Of a stretch of 64,000 bases of DNA, positions 1 to 12,560 are shown in pieces. The translations under genes were made by a program, and so were the position numbers. Below the pieces are notes generated by a model. The model was not told the DNA's origin, searched no databases, and saw only the letters and a program-made list of their open reading frames with translations. The stretch's first letter is position 1; every line of letters begins with the position of its first letter. The DNA is from Enoplolaimus lenunculus (taxonomy: Eukaryota): NCBI GenBank assembly GCA_030248215.1, contig JASANG010000621.1:1-64000 (forward strand). Reading direction: 5' to 3'.

Positions 1-971
1 AACTAATCTAAACCATTTGGGTTCGTTTTTCAATTAAAAATTAATTAAAAATTCTATGGTTTTAAAGAAAACAAAACGGTAATAAAGTCAGCTTAGAAGC
101 ATGCGAATTTATACGAAACGAGATCCTGCGCTAGATTGGGCTGGAAGAAGATAGAGGATAAGTTCTGAGGTTCAAAATTGGTGTTGATTTCTGTTGCTAT
201 AGCGCAGGGTGGCAGTTCCATGCTTTTAATAGTTGTAACTTGATGTAGAAAAACATATTCAACAAATCAGCACAATCAAATGTACTTTCATAATGCACAG
301 AATAAGCGTAATATAAATCATAAAACTAATCTAAACCATTTGGGTCTCTTTTTTAATTGAAAATTAATTAAAAATTCTATGGTATTAAGGAAAATAAAAC
401 TGTAATAAAATCAGCTTCGAAGTACGCGAATATATACGAAACGAGATTCTGCGCTAGATTGTGTAGAAGAAGATAGAGGATATGTTCTGAGGTTCAAAAT
501 TGGTGTTGATTTCTGTTGCTATCGCGCAGGGTGACAGTGCCATGCTTTTTAAATAGTTGTAACTCAATGTAGAAAAACATATTTAACAAATCAGTACAAT
601 CATATGTACTTTCATAATACGCAGAATCAGCATAATGCAAATCATAAACTAATCTAAACCATTTGGGTTCGTTGTTCAATTAAAAATTAATTAAAAATGT
701 TATGGTATTAAGTAAAATAAAACGGTGGATAAATTAGTTTCGAAGCGCGAATATATACGAAACAAGATTCTGCGCTAGGTTGAACAAGAAGAATATAGAG
801 CAGAAGTTCAGAGTTTCCAAGTTTGTGTGGATTTCTGTTGCTATAGCGCCGTGGGTGAATATCTGGCGGTTCCATGCTTTTTAAATAGTTGTAACTGAAT
901 GTAGAAATACATATTTAACAAATCAGTACAATCAAATGTACATTCATTAATGCACATAATCAACGTTATAT
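1..971. repeat. ~323-bp tandem repeat array, left part
   Basis: Unit marker AACTAATCTAAACCATTTGGG recurs at about 1, 325 and 647; the array resumes at 4283 after an insertion. Confidence 0.85.
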
Positions 972-1712
972 TGTTACGGTTGCGACCAACGGGTACCTCA
1001 ACGGCCGAATCCGAGTGGTACCCCTCACTGGTGTTCGTGCCAGTGGGTCTACCTAGTAAGCTTCTTGTCCAGAGAATGATGATCCCCCTAGCGTAACATC
1101 GGTTTTTGAGAGTCACAAAATTCCGACATCGCCGTACACCTAAGATCTCACGAACACTCATATGCGTGGTCAAGTCTCACTACCAACAATGAGTTTATCA
1201 CTATGGTTATCATTTCAGGCTGTGTGTTTGCAGGCAATTCCTATGGTGAAACTCAGTGGTTCTTGTTAGAGTTGGGTTAACACTTGGTTTCTTTCTGAAA
1301 TTAACGGTTTTCTCGGGTGATCTATTCTGACCCTGAAGAATTTAAATATTTAGGCTATCAACCTGTTTTACAGAAAGGCAGATCAATCCTTGTCTGCGGG
1401 GTTTTATTTAGTTACAGTCAGTCTGACTCGCGTCAGCACTGTTTCACTAATTAAATGTCAGCCATGGCTCTAGGCCAAAAATTATCTTAGTTGCTCTGGG
1501 TTCAGTATTGTGCGGGGTTCACGTTATAACTGGGGCAGGTTTGACACGATTTGCCCCATGTTGATTCAACGTCAACGTTAAAATTAGAGCACTCATATCG
1601 GATGAAAAGACAAAACTCGAATGCCATATGACATTTACTTACAAACCAAAGCTGTCAGAAGACCAACGTGTACAAGAATCGGCATGTCACGTGACAATAA
1701 GGGACATTTATG

Positions 1713-1851
1713 CGAATATCATATGATATTCCAAAATTACAACGAATATCATATGATATTCCATAATTACAACGAATATCATATGATATTCCAAAATTAC
1801 AACGAATATCATATGATATTCCAAAATTACAACGAATGTCAAATGATATTC
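1713..1851. repeat. 30-bp tandem repeat (~4.5 copies) with a palindromic core
   Basis: Unit ACGAATATCATATGATATTCCAAAATTACA; GAATATCATATGATATTC is a perfect 18-bp palindrome; no spacers. Confidence 0.9.
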
Positions 1852-3004
1852 AGCGGGACAATGTAATCTTCGGGAGCTAATAAATTATGTCTCTCAAACG
1901 TTATAACGCGTGCGTTTCGCTCACGCAACGTCCTACAGTAATAGTTAACTGCACGGATTATACAACTTTTGCGTAGACGGTGTAGCGGAACATTTTTATA
2001 CCGTCAATATTTACCTTGAATGTCCCACTCAACGGCACAATAGCTATCTAATGCCTGGTATATAGATGGCTTGCTTAAAAAAGTAATATATTTCGCAAAA
2101 TTTGAGGATTCTTCATAATTTAGTTTTTCCTTCCAAAATTTCGATTTCCCGCCAAAATTTGAATTTCTACCCCAAAATGTGCATGTTTTCGCCAAAATTT
2201 GATTTTGCCGCTGAAATTTAAATTCTCCCACTACAATTTGAATGTTCCCGCTAAAATTTGAATGTATAAATTGCTGGAAGAAAATTTAACGGATAGGCAC
2301 TGGAAAAGGCTAGTATCTCTAAGAAACTGGCATTGCCTTTACCATGAGTCAACCGTCTAACCGATTTTCACCTTGATCCAAATATGGGGGACTAACCATT
2401 ACTGGTACCCCGCAAGTTATGTTGCGAAGGGACATGTCCAAGCGCGGTAGAGAGTCCTAGATTCACCCTACCAGGGTTCTTGTCTGCCTAATCGAAAGTG
2501 CGGGCATGAGACCTATACTGCTTAGCGAAGCTTTATTCCTAGGGCCACTGTCTCGGTACCTGGGCGCGTCAAGCCTTTCATTCATACGCTCCTGAAACAG
2601 TCACATGTGCGTACCGTTTAACATAGAGGTGGGTTACGGCATGAATATTTCCTGGATTGACTGGGAATTCTCTGTTGAGAGTCCTATTTAGGATAGTCCA
2701 GTTCAACCGCGTCTGTTCACAATTGTTCTATTATTCCTATAATCCTAGGCCTAGGTCCCTATCAGGCAGCACATTCAGCAGTTTCATTGTCAACGGGGCT
2801 GCTATACCTTACAGTTTAGTTTCATGGACATGGCTAGAATCGTCTGAAGACATGGGGTATATAGAAAATGTTATTGGTATACAGGGCCTTAGCTCTTTTG
2901 ATTGACAGCTTCTTAATGCTTAGCATTAGTCAGATTTGGCCTCCCTGCTCCGTTGATACTCACAATTTCTTTTCTGGCTTGTGATAGTTTGCAAAAATCG
3001 AGTC

Positions 3005-3210
3005 TTAACCCTTTCTGACAAGAATATTTTCAATTTCATATGAGATGTAATTTCAAGGTAAGATTCGATCCCCAGTGTCACGGGTGAGAGGCGTTTACGA
3101 TGACCACTGAGCTATAGGAGCTTGACGCTCGAGTCCGAGTAGGCTCTCACGTCTTGTGGAGATTTTGCACTACGCATATACGTTATAAATGTTAAACACT
3201 TCTCACAATG
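3005..3210 (-). mobile_element. Partial copy of the TTAA-flanked, tRNA-containing element family seen at 46236-47066
   Basis: Starts TTAACCCTTTCT; shares GCTATAGGAGCTTGACGCTCGAG..GGCTCTCACGTCTTGTGG; A-box TAGCTCAGTGG on the minus strand. Confidence 0.7.
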
Positions 3211-4282
3211 TGTGTTTTGCTCATACATTATTGTATTTAGCTGCTCATAGTATACTCTATGAGTGATAGGTTTCGCAGCCAATGAGATTATATGCAAAAC
3301 AGACGTGATTGAGCAATGCGATTGGTTAGGGGAGTACAACTGCAAAGAGCCAATAGAAGTCCACACAAAGAGAAATCTGTGGCTGTGAGAACCAATAAGA
3401 AGACACAAACAACCCACTATACGGCCTCTGATTGGTTTACGAGGTCTACGCAAGTTTTAATGCGCAAAAAATCAACAAAACCAAATGAGACGACACTCAG
3501 GTTCCGTGACACTAGAAACTGCGACATATATCGTGCGGCACTACATTATTTAATCAGTTGGAATACGCAATTTTCCTACCCAGGTGGTTAACACAAACCT
3601 GTGTAAAATGTACAAGTCTTTAACTCTATGGTTTCTGGTATAGCGCCAAAACACAATTTCAACGTAATTTCTGCATCATTTCTGCGATTCTCGTAATAAA
3701 ATTTCAACCTAACCTAAGCAACACGCGCCTTAAATACTGTCGGTAAACTCAGGGGTCCAAAGATTTGTAAGCACCGACGGATTCTGATACCGCCGTATTT
3801 ATGATGAGAGAAAGGGGTATATCGCCTATACACGCGCGCTATTCCCTAGACACCTTTCCCCGTCAGTTTCTATAAATTGAAAACAGCACATAGGCTCTGT
3901 AAAACCCAGATTTTTCTTTAAAACACATTACCAGTACACATTACAAACTGTACGTGTCGCACGGAGCTGTGGGTGTGAAACGGCCGTTTTGGACCCTAAG
4001 TCAGGGTGTCTTTCTTATTAGCAACGATGTGCTTCATCGAATGGTACCACTCTTATGCGGGGTTAACGTTTTAAATCGGGCAGCTTGGTACACGTTTACC
4101 CCCTATTAGACTATTAAGAAACGTTTTGTAAGTAATAATAATAATAATAATAATAAAACCATAATGATATGGACGAGACGTATGGAAACGATGCAGCAAA
4201 TGTCTTAAAGCCCGAACTTATCGCTAGCCATTGCCATTACAGGTTACTACAAAAATGTACAATTAAAAATGTTTCCTTGACA

Positions 4283-5450
4283 ATATAACCTTAGACTAAT
4301 CGAATTCATTTGGGTTCGTTTTCCAGCTTACTATTGTTTTAAGCAAAAGACTACGGCAAATAAAATCGGCTTCGAAACATACGAATATATAGGAAACAAG
4401 ATGCTGCTCTAGTTTAAGCTAGAAAAAGATAGGAAAGAAGTTCTGAGGTTCAGAATTGGTGTTGATTACTGTTGCTATAGCGCAGGGTGACAGATCCATG
4501 CTTTTTTAATAGTTGCAACTCAATGTAGAAAAACATATTTAACAAATCAGTACAATCAAATGTACTTTTATAATACGCAGAATCAGCGTAATATAAACCT
4601 TAAACTAATCTCAACCAATTGGGTTCGTTTTTTAATTAAAAATTAATTAAAAATTTTATGGTTTTAAACAAAACAAAACGGTAATAAAGTCAGCTTCGAA
4701 GCATGCAAATTTATACAAAACGAGATTCTGCGCTAGATTGGGTAGAAGAAGATTTATGTTGCTATAGCGCAGGGTGACAGTTCCATGCTTTTTTAATAGT
4801 TGTAACTCAATGTAGAAAAAATATTCAACAAATCAGTACAATCAAATGCACTTTCATAATACGCAGAATCAGTAATAATAACGCACAACAGCGTAATATA
4901 AACCATTTTAAACTAATTAACTATTGGGTTCTTTTAAAAAAAAAAAATTTTAAGCAAAAGACTACGGCGAATAAAATCGGCTTCGAAACATACGAATATA
5001 TACGAAACAAGATGCTGCTCTAGTTTAAGCTAGAAAAAGATAGGAAAGAAGTTCTGAGGTTCAGAATTGGTGTTGATTACTGTTGCTATAGCGCAGGGTG
5101 GCAGTTCCATGCTTTTTTAATAGTTGTAACTCAATGTAGAAAAAATATTCAACAAATCAGTACAATCAAATGCACTTTCATAATACGCTGAACTTACTAT
5201 TGTTTTAAGCAAAAGACTACGGCGAATAAAATCGGCTTCGAAACATACGAATATATACGAAACAAGATGCTGCTCTAGTTTAAGCTAGAAAAAGATAGGA
5301 AAGAAGTTCAGAGGTTCAGAATTGTTGTTGACTTCTGTTGCTACAGCGCCGTGGCCAAATAGGAAGGCGGTTCCATCTTGTTTTATCGTTGTAACTCAGT
5401 GTAGACATACATATTTGACAAATCAGAACAATCAAATGTACTTTCAATAA
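4283..5450. repeat. ~323-bp tandem repeat array, right part (rearranged copies)
   Basis: Same unit as 1-971 (GTTGCTATAGCGCAGGGTG, AACAAATCAGTACAATCAAATG). Confidence 0.85.
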
Positions 5451-5629
5451 TTTTTAGCCTAGGAGCATATTCCACATAGCTAGTAGACAATATTGTCTCG
5501 CATGAAGCTACAATTTATTGGGTTGACGTGGAATGTTTACATCTTTGTCTGATGTTTTCGTAATAAGCATTACAGAACGTAAACATATGTTGCCAGAAAA
5601 CATGCAATATCAGCATACAATCTTTCTAA

Positions 5630-6155
5630 TGGGTCATCCACGTTATACTGTCTACGGTACTGAAAAAATTGTCCCCACGTACGAGCCCCTAAGTCTGTAA
5701 TTTTATTGTTTCCAAATTACATGTCCAAATGTCACTCATGTCCTGTGTAGACCCTGCTGACAACTCGCACTCTCTCTAAACGGCCTATGCTTGGTCACGT
5801 TGCCGTCCATACCAATACTAAATTGTCAATACGTTATTTAAAGGACAACTGTTTTGTCCAGAGTCTGTCAGAAGGGACTCAGCATATTTCATAACACAAA
5901 GTTTGTCGGAAGGATCTTTGCTTTGCAATTACACAAGGTCTGTTCGAAGGAACTTGTATTGTCAGAGACTGTGTCCAGACAGTGTCTGCATTGTCTTTAG
6001 TCCCTTCGAAGGACCTGCTTTCAAAACCCACTATCTAGTTACACCTTCTGTGAAGTCGTTATAGCGTAAGGACATTGTCGTTTTGTCCCGCCTTTAAAAC
6101 CAGGTGTGTGGACAATTTTTTACAGTAGCGTAGACAGTATTATGTGGATGACCCA
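5630..6155. mobile_element. PIF/Harbinger-like MITE
   Basis: ~45-bp TIRs (TGGGTCATCCAC...GTGGATGACCCA), TAA on both flanks; second copy at 10086 sits after TTA. Confidence 0.8.
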
Positions 6156-6694
6156 TAAGCTACCACTGAGTAAACTGTCATGAAACTTTAATGGCATCGA
6201 TGATTGTCAAATTTAACATTCCTAGGATAATCAGCTCTGAACTGTTCAACAATCCAATGTTCAACACAGATAATTTTTTTTCAAGTTCATAGAACGTAAA
6301 CTACGTTTATATGTCATTTTCATTTATTTAAATTTGTTGTATGTGCGAAAAATATTCTGAAGGTTTTGGTGCTGGAAAAACCACTTTTTATTCGCAGGCA
6401 CATGCTGTAAACCTTGAAGACTACACTTATTCGTAATTTTCATACTCGTGTTTTTATCTTATCATGCATTTAGATACATTAAAAGGCTGGAACGATGCCC
6501 AATATACTTAGTTTGGGGCGTTCTAGTTTTAATATATAGATTTGTTTGTTAAAATTTGTTCCAAAATTATAGCCAGCTATACAAATGAGCTACAAAATAA
6601 AGCGACCGGGCAAAATAATGTGTAAAAAACATCACCCTGTTAAAATACGATACAAAATGCACGAGCAATTTGGTAATATTTTTGATTTTGGCCC

Positions 6695-9403
6695 GGCAAA
6701 TTCAAATTTTGTCGGTAAATTCGAATTTTGACGCGAAATTTGAATTTTGGCAGAAAATTCAAATTTCGCCGGGAAAAATTAAATTTTGGCGGGAAAACTT
6801 AAATTTTGGCAGGAAAACTTAAATTTTGGCAGGAAAACTTAGATTTTGGCGGGAAACTTTGATTTAGGTGGGAAATTCAAATTTTGGCAGTAAAATTTAA
6901 ATTTTGACGAGAAAACTTAAATTTTGGCGGGAAATTCAAATCTTGGCTTGAAAACGGGAAAACATAGATTTCGGTGGGAAATCCAAATTTTGGCGGTAAA
7001 ATTTAAATCCTGGCTTGAACATTCATGTTTTGGCGGAAAATTTAATTTTTGGTGCGAAATTCAAATTTTGGCGGGAAATTCAAATTTTTGCGAGAAAATT
7101 CATATTTCAAGTTTTGGCATGAAATTCAAATTTTGAATTTTGCATGAAATTCAAATTTTGAATTTTGGCGGGTAAACTTAAATTTTGGCGGGAAATTCAA
7201 ATTTTGGCGGGAAAATTCAAATTTTGGCGGTAAATTTGAATTTTGACGCAAAATTCAAATTTTTGCGGGAAAATTCATATTTTGGCGGGAAAATTCAAAT
7301 TATGGCAGGAAAACTTAAATGTTGGTGGGAAATCCAAATTTTGGCGGTAAATTCAAGTTTTGACGGGAAATTCGAATTTTGGCGGGAAATTTAAATTCCG
7401 TCAGGAAAAATTAAATTTTAGCGGAAAAACTTAAATTTTGGCGGGAAAACTTAGATTGTGGTGGGAAATCCAAATTTTGGCGGTAAAAAATTTAAGTTTT
7501 GGCGCGAAATTCAAATTTTGGCGCAAAAATTTAAATTTAGGCGAAATTCAAATTTTGACGAGAAAACTTAAATTTTAGCGGGAATTTCAAATCTTGGCTT
7601 GAAAATTTAAATTTTGGTGCGAAAATCCAATTTTGGCGGAAATTCAAATTTTGGCGGGAAAATTAATATTTCAAGTTTTGGCATGAAATTCAAATTTTGA
7701 ATTTTGGCGGGTAAACTTAAATTTTGGCGGGAAATTCAAATTTTAGCGGGAAAATTTAAATTTGGGCGTGCAATTCAAATTTTGGCGGTAAATTTGAATT
7801 TTAGCGGGAAAATTCGTATTTCAAGTTCTGGCATGAAATTCAAATTTTTAATTTTGGCGGGTAAACTTAAATTTTAGCGGGAAATTCAAATTTTAGCGTT
7901 AAAATTACAATTTGGGCGTGCAATTCAAATTCTAGCGGTATATTTGAATTTTGGCGGCAAAACTTAAATTTTGGCGGCAATTTCAAATTTTGGCGGAAAA
8001 ATTTAAATTTAGGCGAAATTCAACTTTTGACGGGAAATTCAAACTTTGGCGGGGAATTCAAATTCCGTCGGGAAAAATTAAATTTTGGCGGGAAAACTTA
8101 AATTTTGGCGGGGGGAAAACTTAGATTGTGGTGGGAAATCCAAATTTTGGCGGTAAAAAAATTCAAATTTTGGCACGAAATTCAAATTTTGGCGGAAAAA
8201 TTTAAATTTAGGCGAAATTCAAATTTTGACGAGAAAACTTAAATTTTAGCGGGAATTTCAAATCTTGGCTTGAAAATTTAAATTTTGGTGCGAAAATCCA
8301 ATTTTGGCGGAAATTCAAATTTTGGCGGGAAAATTCATATTTCAAGTTTTGGCATGAAATTCAAATTTTGAATTTTGGCTTGTAAATTTAAATTTTGGCG
8401 GGAAATTCAAATTTTAGCGGGAAAATTTAAATTTGGGCGCGCAATTCAAATTTTGGCGGTAAATTTGAATTTTTGCGGGAAAATTCGTATTTCAAGTTTT
8501 GGCATGAAATTCAAATTTTGAATTTTGGCGGGTAAACTCAAATTTTGGCGGGAAATTCAAATTTTAGCGCTAAAATTTTAATTTGGGCGTGCAATTCAAA
8601 TTTTAGCGGTATATTTGAATTTTGGCGGCAAAACTTAAATTTTGGCGGCAATTTCAAATTTTGGCGGAAAAATTTAAATTTAGGCGAAATTCAACTTTTG
8701 ACGGGAAATTCAAACTTTGGCGGGGAATTCAAATTCCGTCGGGAAAAATTAAATTTTGGCGGGAAAACTTAAATTTTGGCGGGAAAACTTAGATTGTGGT
8801 GGGAAATCCAAATTTTGGCGGTAAAAAAATTTAAATTTTGGCGCGAAATTCAAATTTTGGCGGAAAAATTTAAATTTAGGCGAAATTCAAATTTTGACGA
8901 GAAAACTTAAATTTTAGCTTGAATTTCAAATCTTGGCTTGAAAATTTAAATTTTGGTGCGAAAATCCAATTTTGGCGGAAATTCAAATTTTGGCGGGAAA
9001 ATTCATATTTCAAGTTTTGGCATGAAATTCAAATTTTGAATTTTGGCTTGTAAATTTAAATTTTGGCGGGAAATTCAAATTTTAGCGGGAAAATTTAAAT
9101 TTGGGCGTGCAATTCAAATTTTGGCGGTAAATTTGAATTTTTGCGGGAAAATTCGTATTTCAAGTTTTGGCATGAAATTCAAATTTTGAATTTTGGCGGG
9201 TAAACTCAAATTTTGGCGGGAAATTGAAATTTTAGCGCTAAAATTTTAATTTGGGCGTGCAATTCAAATTTTAGCGGTATATTTGAATTTTGCCGGAAAA
9301 TTCAAATTTTTGCGGGAAAATTCTAAATTTTGGCGACAAAACTTAAATTTTGGCGGCAAATTCAAATTTTGGCGGAAAAATTTAAATTTAGGCGAAATTC
9401 AAC
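6695..9403. repeat. ~20-bp minisatellite with ~670-bp higher-order repeat
   Basis: Unit approximately AATTCAAATTTTGGCGGGAA; variant TTAGATTGTGGTGGGAAATCC recurs at about 7451, 8121 and 8789; short reverse-strand patch at about 2090-2265. Confidence 0.92.
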
Positions 9404-9486
9404 TCTGCCATTTTTCGAACATGTCAAGAAAAGACTGTAAAGAAACAACATACTAGCTAAATAGTGTGAAAATAATTACTCGGTGC

Positions 9487-10085
9487 TGTACAGATGTCAA
9501 TACACCCAGCGACTCGAAATCTTACTAGATTTAAGTTTTGGGCAGCTGGAATCACATTTCTATGAGGATTTGTGAGTACTCGTGCTGCACTGAAATTTTG
9601 GGGTTACGATCTGGCGGAGAGACCCTGGACAAGCTGGTGTCGGTAGGCACAGCTTTGCTGCGGAAGGCTCTGTGGCGAAACATGCAGCCGTTGAATTTTC
9701 GAAGTCCAAGAGATCGCTGCGGGCCAATGTGCACAAGTTCGATAATCGCTGTAACTCGGAAAGTTGTGCAGACTTCTCGGATCGGTCCGGTATGGGTTGT
9801 GAGCGCTTTTGTAGCCCGGAGAGCTTAAAAGGTGCTCTAAAAGGTCAGTATAGTGTCTCTCCGAACCAATAATCGTGTTTTTGGACGCAAACGGTAGTTT
9901 TGAATTGTCGAAATTTCGCAAACTATCGCTTCGATCTGAATTTTGCCAAATTCAGATGTCGTGATGTAAAACTTTGTAATAGGGTTTTAAATGTGCTGAA
10001 TTTGTTAGAATGCGTCAAAAATTGCCCAATTCCACCCAAATTGCTGTTTTCCGTGTGTATAAAAACCTATTAAAAATTTCGATTA
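9487..10085 (+). mobile_element. Truncated LTR, same family as 59440-61978
   Basis: Starts TGTACAGATGTCA and is collinear with 59440-60042 up to AAATTTCGATTA, where a MITE is inserted. Confidence 0.8.
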
Positions 10086-10578
10086 TGGGTCATCCACGTT
10101 ATACTGTCTACGCTACTGTAAAAAATTGTCCCCACGTACGAGCCCCTAAGTCTGTAATTTTACTGTTTCCAAATCACATGCCCAAATGTCACTCATATCC
10201 TGTTTAGACCCTACTGACAACTCGCACTCTCTATGGGCGACCTATGCTTGTTCACGTTGCCGTCCATACCCAAGCTAAAATGTCAATACGTTATTTAAAG
10301 GGCAACTGTTTTGTCCAGAGTCTGTCAGAAGGGACTCAGCTTATTTCACAACACAAAGTTTGTCGGAAGGAACTTTGCTTTGCAATTATACAGGTCTGTT
10401 CGAAGGAACTCGTATTGTCAGACACTGTGTCCAGACAGTGTCTACATTGTCCTTAGTCCCTTCGAAGGACCTGCTTTCAAAACCCACTATCTATCTACAC
10501 CTTCTGTAAAGTCTTTATAGCTTAAGGACATTGTCGTTTTGTCGCGCCCTTAATACCAGGTGTGTGGACAATTTTTTT
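10086..10578. mobile_element. Harbinger-like MITE copy, cut in its right TIR by the large LTR element
   Basis: Close copy of 5630-6120; the last ~35 bp of the right TIR are replaced by TGTAACACAGCG. Confidence 0.85.
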
Positions 10579-12542
10579 TGTAACACAGCGAACCCAGAAA
10601 TTCAAATCGATCGGCACTCCGGGGAACGACTTCCTAACTAAGTTCGAAGGTTACCAAAGCAAACACAAACGGCTAATTCTCTTACAATAAAAAATGACAC
10701 GGGGCGCCTACTGAATCAAATCAAGTTGATAACCCCACGCCCAAAATAGACTCCGTACACAATATTCAGAAAACTCCGCAGAGCACAAATCGTGCTAACG
10801 CAAAATTCGCTACGTACCACTGACGCCCCAAAATTAAATAAATTTGTAAGATTACGGCACCTTTGCAGGGTAGGCTCATAACAACGCACCAAAAATTATC
10901 CTGTGGCACCCTGATTCCACTTCGATACTAGAAATATTCCGAATTAGCACAAAAATAAACCACTGTTTACCAACAAATTTTCCACTAATTTCCAAAAGAT
11001 ACAATTCACGACGAGAAATTTATGCGAACTAGTGCTCACTCACAGCACCGAACCTGTTAAAACTCTCTAAGTGTCGTTAAAAACAAAATAAGTGATTGAA
11101 TAATTTACGGATTCCTTACGGAAATAACTCGTATGCGCGCGCTCTATTGTATACGCAAGTACAACCGCTAAAATTCTCGAACAGACCTCTTGTCTGACAC
11201 CACAAATTCCCAAAATCTATGCACTTATATTTAACGCAAGTTTCTACAAAACTTCCACTGCACCACGATTTCAGTTAAAATGCTACAACTCTAACTCAAA
11301 AATTATCGCACACAGCGGTTCTTAACTAATCTTAATACTTCCCGTACAAACTAAGTAAACGCCTTTAAGCGCTCAACAAAAATCAAAATCGCGCGTCTCT
11401 ATACGTCGCTAAACAATCGGACAGCATATCACACCCGTACAACTCTGAGCCCCCAAACCCAACCTGTTCTACTCTTATATAGTCGTGAACCGAAAGGTTA
11501 GCTGAATTCTAAGAATCTTATACTACATTTTTAAAATTCCTCCAAATTTCTGAAAAACTAATAAATTTTACTTATCTACAGTTTTTCTTACAAATTTCAA
11601 CTTAAAAATTTTGTTAAAATCTAACAAAAACCTGTTTTGTCTAAAAAATCTAGTTTTTAGATGAAAATTTAAACTTTTAAATCGGTTAAAAAATCTAAAT
11701 TATGTTGTTTTGACCCTAGTAATTTATTTTAAAAACAAAATTGATCTTTCAAATCGCATAAAAAGTAAAAAAATCCACTATTTTGACGAAAATCCGTAAT
11801 TTTCAAAACAAAATTTTAGCTAAAAATTTACAAAAATTTACATAAAAACTAAGTTTTGACCAGAATTTATAAATTTCAAAACAAATTTTATTTTTTAAAT
11901 TAAAATTTTAAAATAACTTCTAATATTTTGTCTTCAAATTAAAATTTGCAATCGTTTTAATTCTAGGAATTAAGCCTACCAAAATTTCCAAAAAGGGGAT
12001 AATTTCAGTACTATTTCACAGATATGGAATTTTCTCTGTTATACTATGCTACAAATTGTATCTCGGAAATAAAACCTTGATTTTAAGGTACAAATTTATT
12101 CCTTTTTATGGTTTCAAACATGATGAACCTGGCCTAAAAATTGCAATTATAGCAAGGACAAAACTCAACTAAAACGACTGCAAACAAAAAACTACAATCT
12201 ATCCGCACCGCATAACTCCTGCGCCTACTGTAAACCTAACCCGTGTATAAAAACTAAAAGCATAAAATCGCGGAGGCAAAAAAATATATATTGCTGGCTG
12301 TATAACCCAACAACAACAACAACAATAAACAACAACAACAACAATAAACAACAACAACAATATTACTACAACAACAACAACAATATTACTACAACAACAA
12401 CAACAATATTACTACATGTATGTATGCACACATACAATTGATACACACTACACAAGCATCACTACAGGGTAATAGGTATAAAAAATTTTAAAATTTCGAA
12501 ACGGGGGTATTCTAAGAATTTCAGCTACCCCCCCACTCTACA
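10579..12542 (-). repeat. 3' LTR (1964 bp)
   Basis: Minus strand reads TGTAGAGTGGGGG...GTGTTACA; 10579-10840 and 11434-11830 align to the other LTR; contains a (CAA)n tract at about 12307-12415. Confidence 0.85.
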
Positions 12543-12560
12543 CTCTCCTCACTTTATTTT
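12543..12560 (-). other. Polypurine tract
   Basis: Minus strand AAAATAAAGTGAGGAGAG directly precedes the TG of the 3' LTR. Confidence 0.8.

Larger units (their letters stand above)
972..4282. mobile_element. Probable large solo LTR (3.3 kb) inserted in the tandem array
   Basis: Begins TGTTA and ends TGACA; ATAT flanks both sides (968-971, 4283-4286); the interrupted repeat unit continues across it; no long ORF; CCAAT/ATTGG cluster at about 3280-3435. Confidence 0.65.

Noticed and set aside
1713..1851. CRISPR-like palindromic 30-bp repeats
   Set aside because: Head-to-tail with no unique spacers, no cas genes, eukaryotic context.
6924..8772. Short ORFs such as MAGNSNFGGKIQIL
   Set aside because: Chance open frames in the minisatellite.
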